Shown here: piece after piece, positions 63,142-64,000 of the stretch
Position numbering within the stretch: the first letter of the stretch is position 1
Layout: each line of letters opens with the position of its first letter
Source of the DNA: Alphaproteobacteria bacterium
GTDB lineage: Bacteria > Pseudomonadota > Alphaproteobacteria > UBA828
NCBI GenBank assembly: GCA_963422645.2
Contig: CAXXVO010000007.1
Coordinates: 416,001 to 480,000 of the forward strand
DNA: 64,000 nucleotides
Direction of reading: 5' to 3'
Program-made: the position numbers and the translations under genes
The notes under the pieces: model-generated
What the model was told of the DNA's origin: nothing
Databases searched by the model: none
The model's input: the letters and a program-made list of their open reading frames with translations, nothing else

Positions 63142-63828
63142 TAGGCTCTCGCGGGTGAACTCGTCCAGGACATTGAGCATGCGGAAGGCCCGGCCGTCAT
63201 GGGTCTGGTGATGCACGAAGTCATAGGACCAGACATGGTTTGCCTACTCGGCGCGCAGCCGGACGCAGGAACCGTCGTTGAGCCGGAGCCGGCCCCGCTT
63301 GGGTTGTTTGCCGGGCACCTTCAGCCCCTCGCGCCGCCACAGGCGCTCGACCCGCTTGTCATTGACCTGCCAGCCGGCGTCGCGCAGCAGGGCTGCGATC
63401 CGCCGGTATCCGTAGCGGCCATACTGGCGGGCCAGCTCGATCATGTCCGCTACCAGGCGATCCTCGTCGGCACGGCCGCGCGGGATGCGGCGCTGGGTCG
63501 AGCGATGCTGCCCCAGCACCCGGCAAGCGCGGCGCTCCGAGATCCCGAGCCGGTCGCAGACATGATCGATGCACTGACGGCGGCGCGAGGGGCTCACAAG
63601 TTTCCCTGGGCTGCCTCCTTGAGGATCTGCTTGTCCAGCGTCAGGTCCGAGACCGCACGGCGCAGCCGCTCGTTCTCTTTCTCAAGCGCCGCTGAGACGA
63701 CGGAGCTGGTCGCCGCTCATCCCGCCATACTCCTTGCGCCAGCGGTAGTGCGTGACCCAGCCTACTCCAACAAATTCCTGCCCAAACCAGCCAATCCGGC
63801 CGCAACTGGCCGGCGCTACGGAAGCCTG

Positions 63829-64000
63829 CTAGCTCGCCGGCGGCCGGCGCGCGATCACGAACCTCACGACATCGTCGATCAGAAATCGGCTCTCGGCGAG
63901 TTCGAGGCCAGCAGGCTCGACATGGCGATGCGGCTCGCGGTCGAAGCCCGCGCCGTAGGCCCACCGCACCCAGGGCGCCCAGAGCCCCATGACGAAGCGC
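63829..64000 (-). CDS. C-terminus of a probable class I SAM methyltransferase (partial)
   Basis: Manual translation RFVMGLWAPWVRWAYGAGFDREPHRHVEPAGLELAESRF...ARRPPAS*. Confidence 0.4.
   Translation of the reverse strand, partial: RFVMGLWAPWVRWAYGAGFDREPHRHVEPAGLELAESRFLIDDVVRFVIARRPPAS

Larger units (their letters stand above)
61482..63760 (-). mobile_element. Degenerate IS3-family element interrupted by IS630
   Basis: IRR TGACCTGCCCCC; orfB RYGYRRI, WSYDF, SDNG, PWENGYIES; in-frame TAG at 63244; GGGAAAC frameshift window near 63600; orfA decayed, left boundary approximate. Confidence 0.85.

Overview
High-GC, IS-riddled proteobacterial-type window with five zones. (1) 1-13.6 kb: nested and truncated mobile elements (Mu/IS481-like tnp plus ExeA-like ATPase, IS21 ends, an IS110/IS1111 element with a long downstream non-coding region, a long-coiled-coil IS66, a tyrosine integrase and an AbiE-like type IV TA pair). 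(2) 13.6-22.4 kb: aprMBA, a di-heme cytochrome c peroxidase and a four-subunit Mo-hydroxylase with a split large subunit. (3) 26.1-38.2 kb, the top candidate: a visibly lower-GC six-gene operon encoding an XRE HTH, a C5-cytosine DNA methyltransferase, a P-loop protein, a 513-aa protein, a 1969-aa PD-(D/E)xK plus HerA/FtsK protein and a Mig-like HhH-GPD glycosylase. It resembles a DndFGH/DptFGH-like restriction module coupled to 5mC methylation instead of phosphorothioation. (4) 39.9-56.6 kb: an N-heterocycle/ureide catabolic block containing a complete ureABCEFGD cluster whose UreC keeps all Ni ligands but has a remodelled substrate pocket. (5) 56.6-64 kb: tandem IS66 elements (one carrying a Dam-like methylase), a truncated DUF262 gene and an IS630 nested in a dead IS3. 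No rRNA, tRNA or CRISPR array was recognised. All family calls come from manual motif recognition, not database searches.
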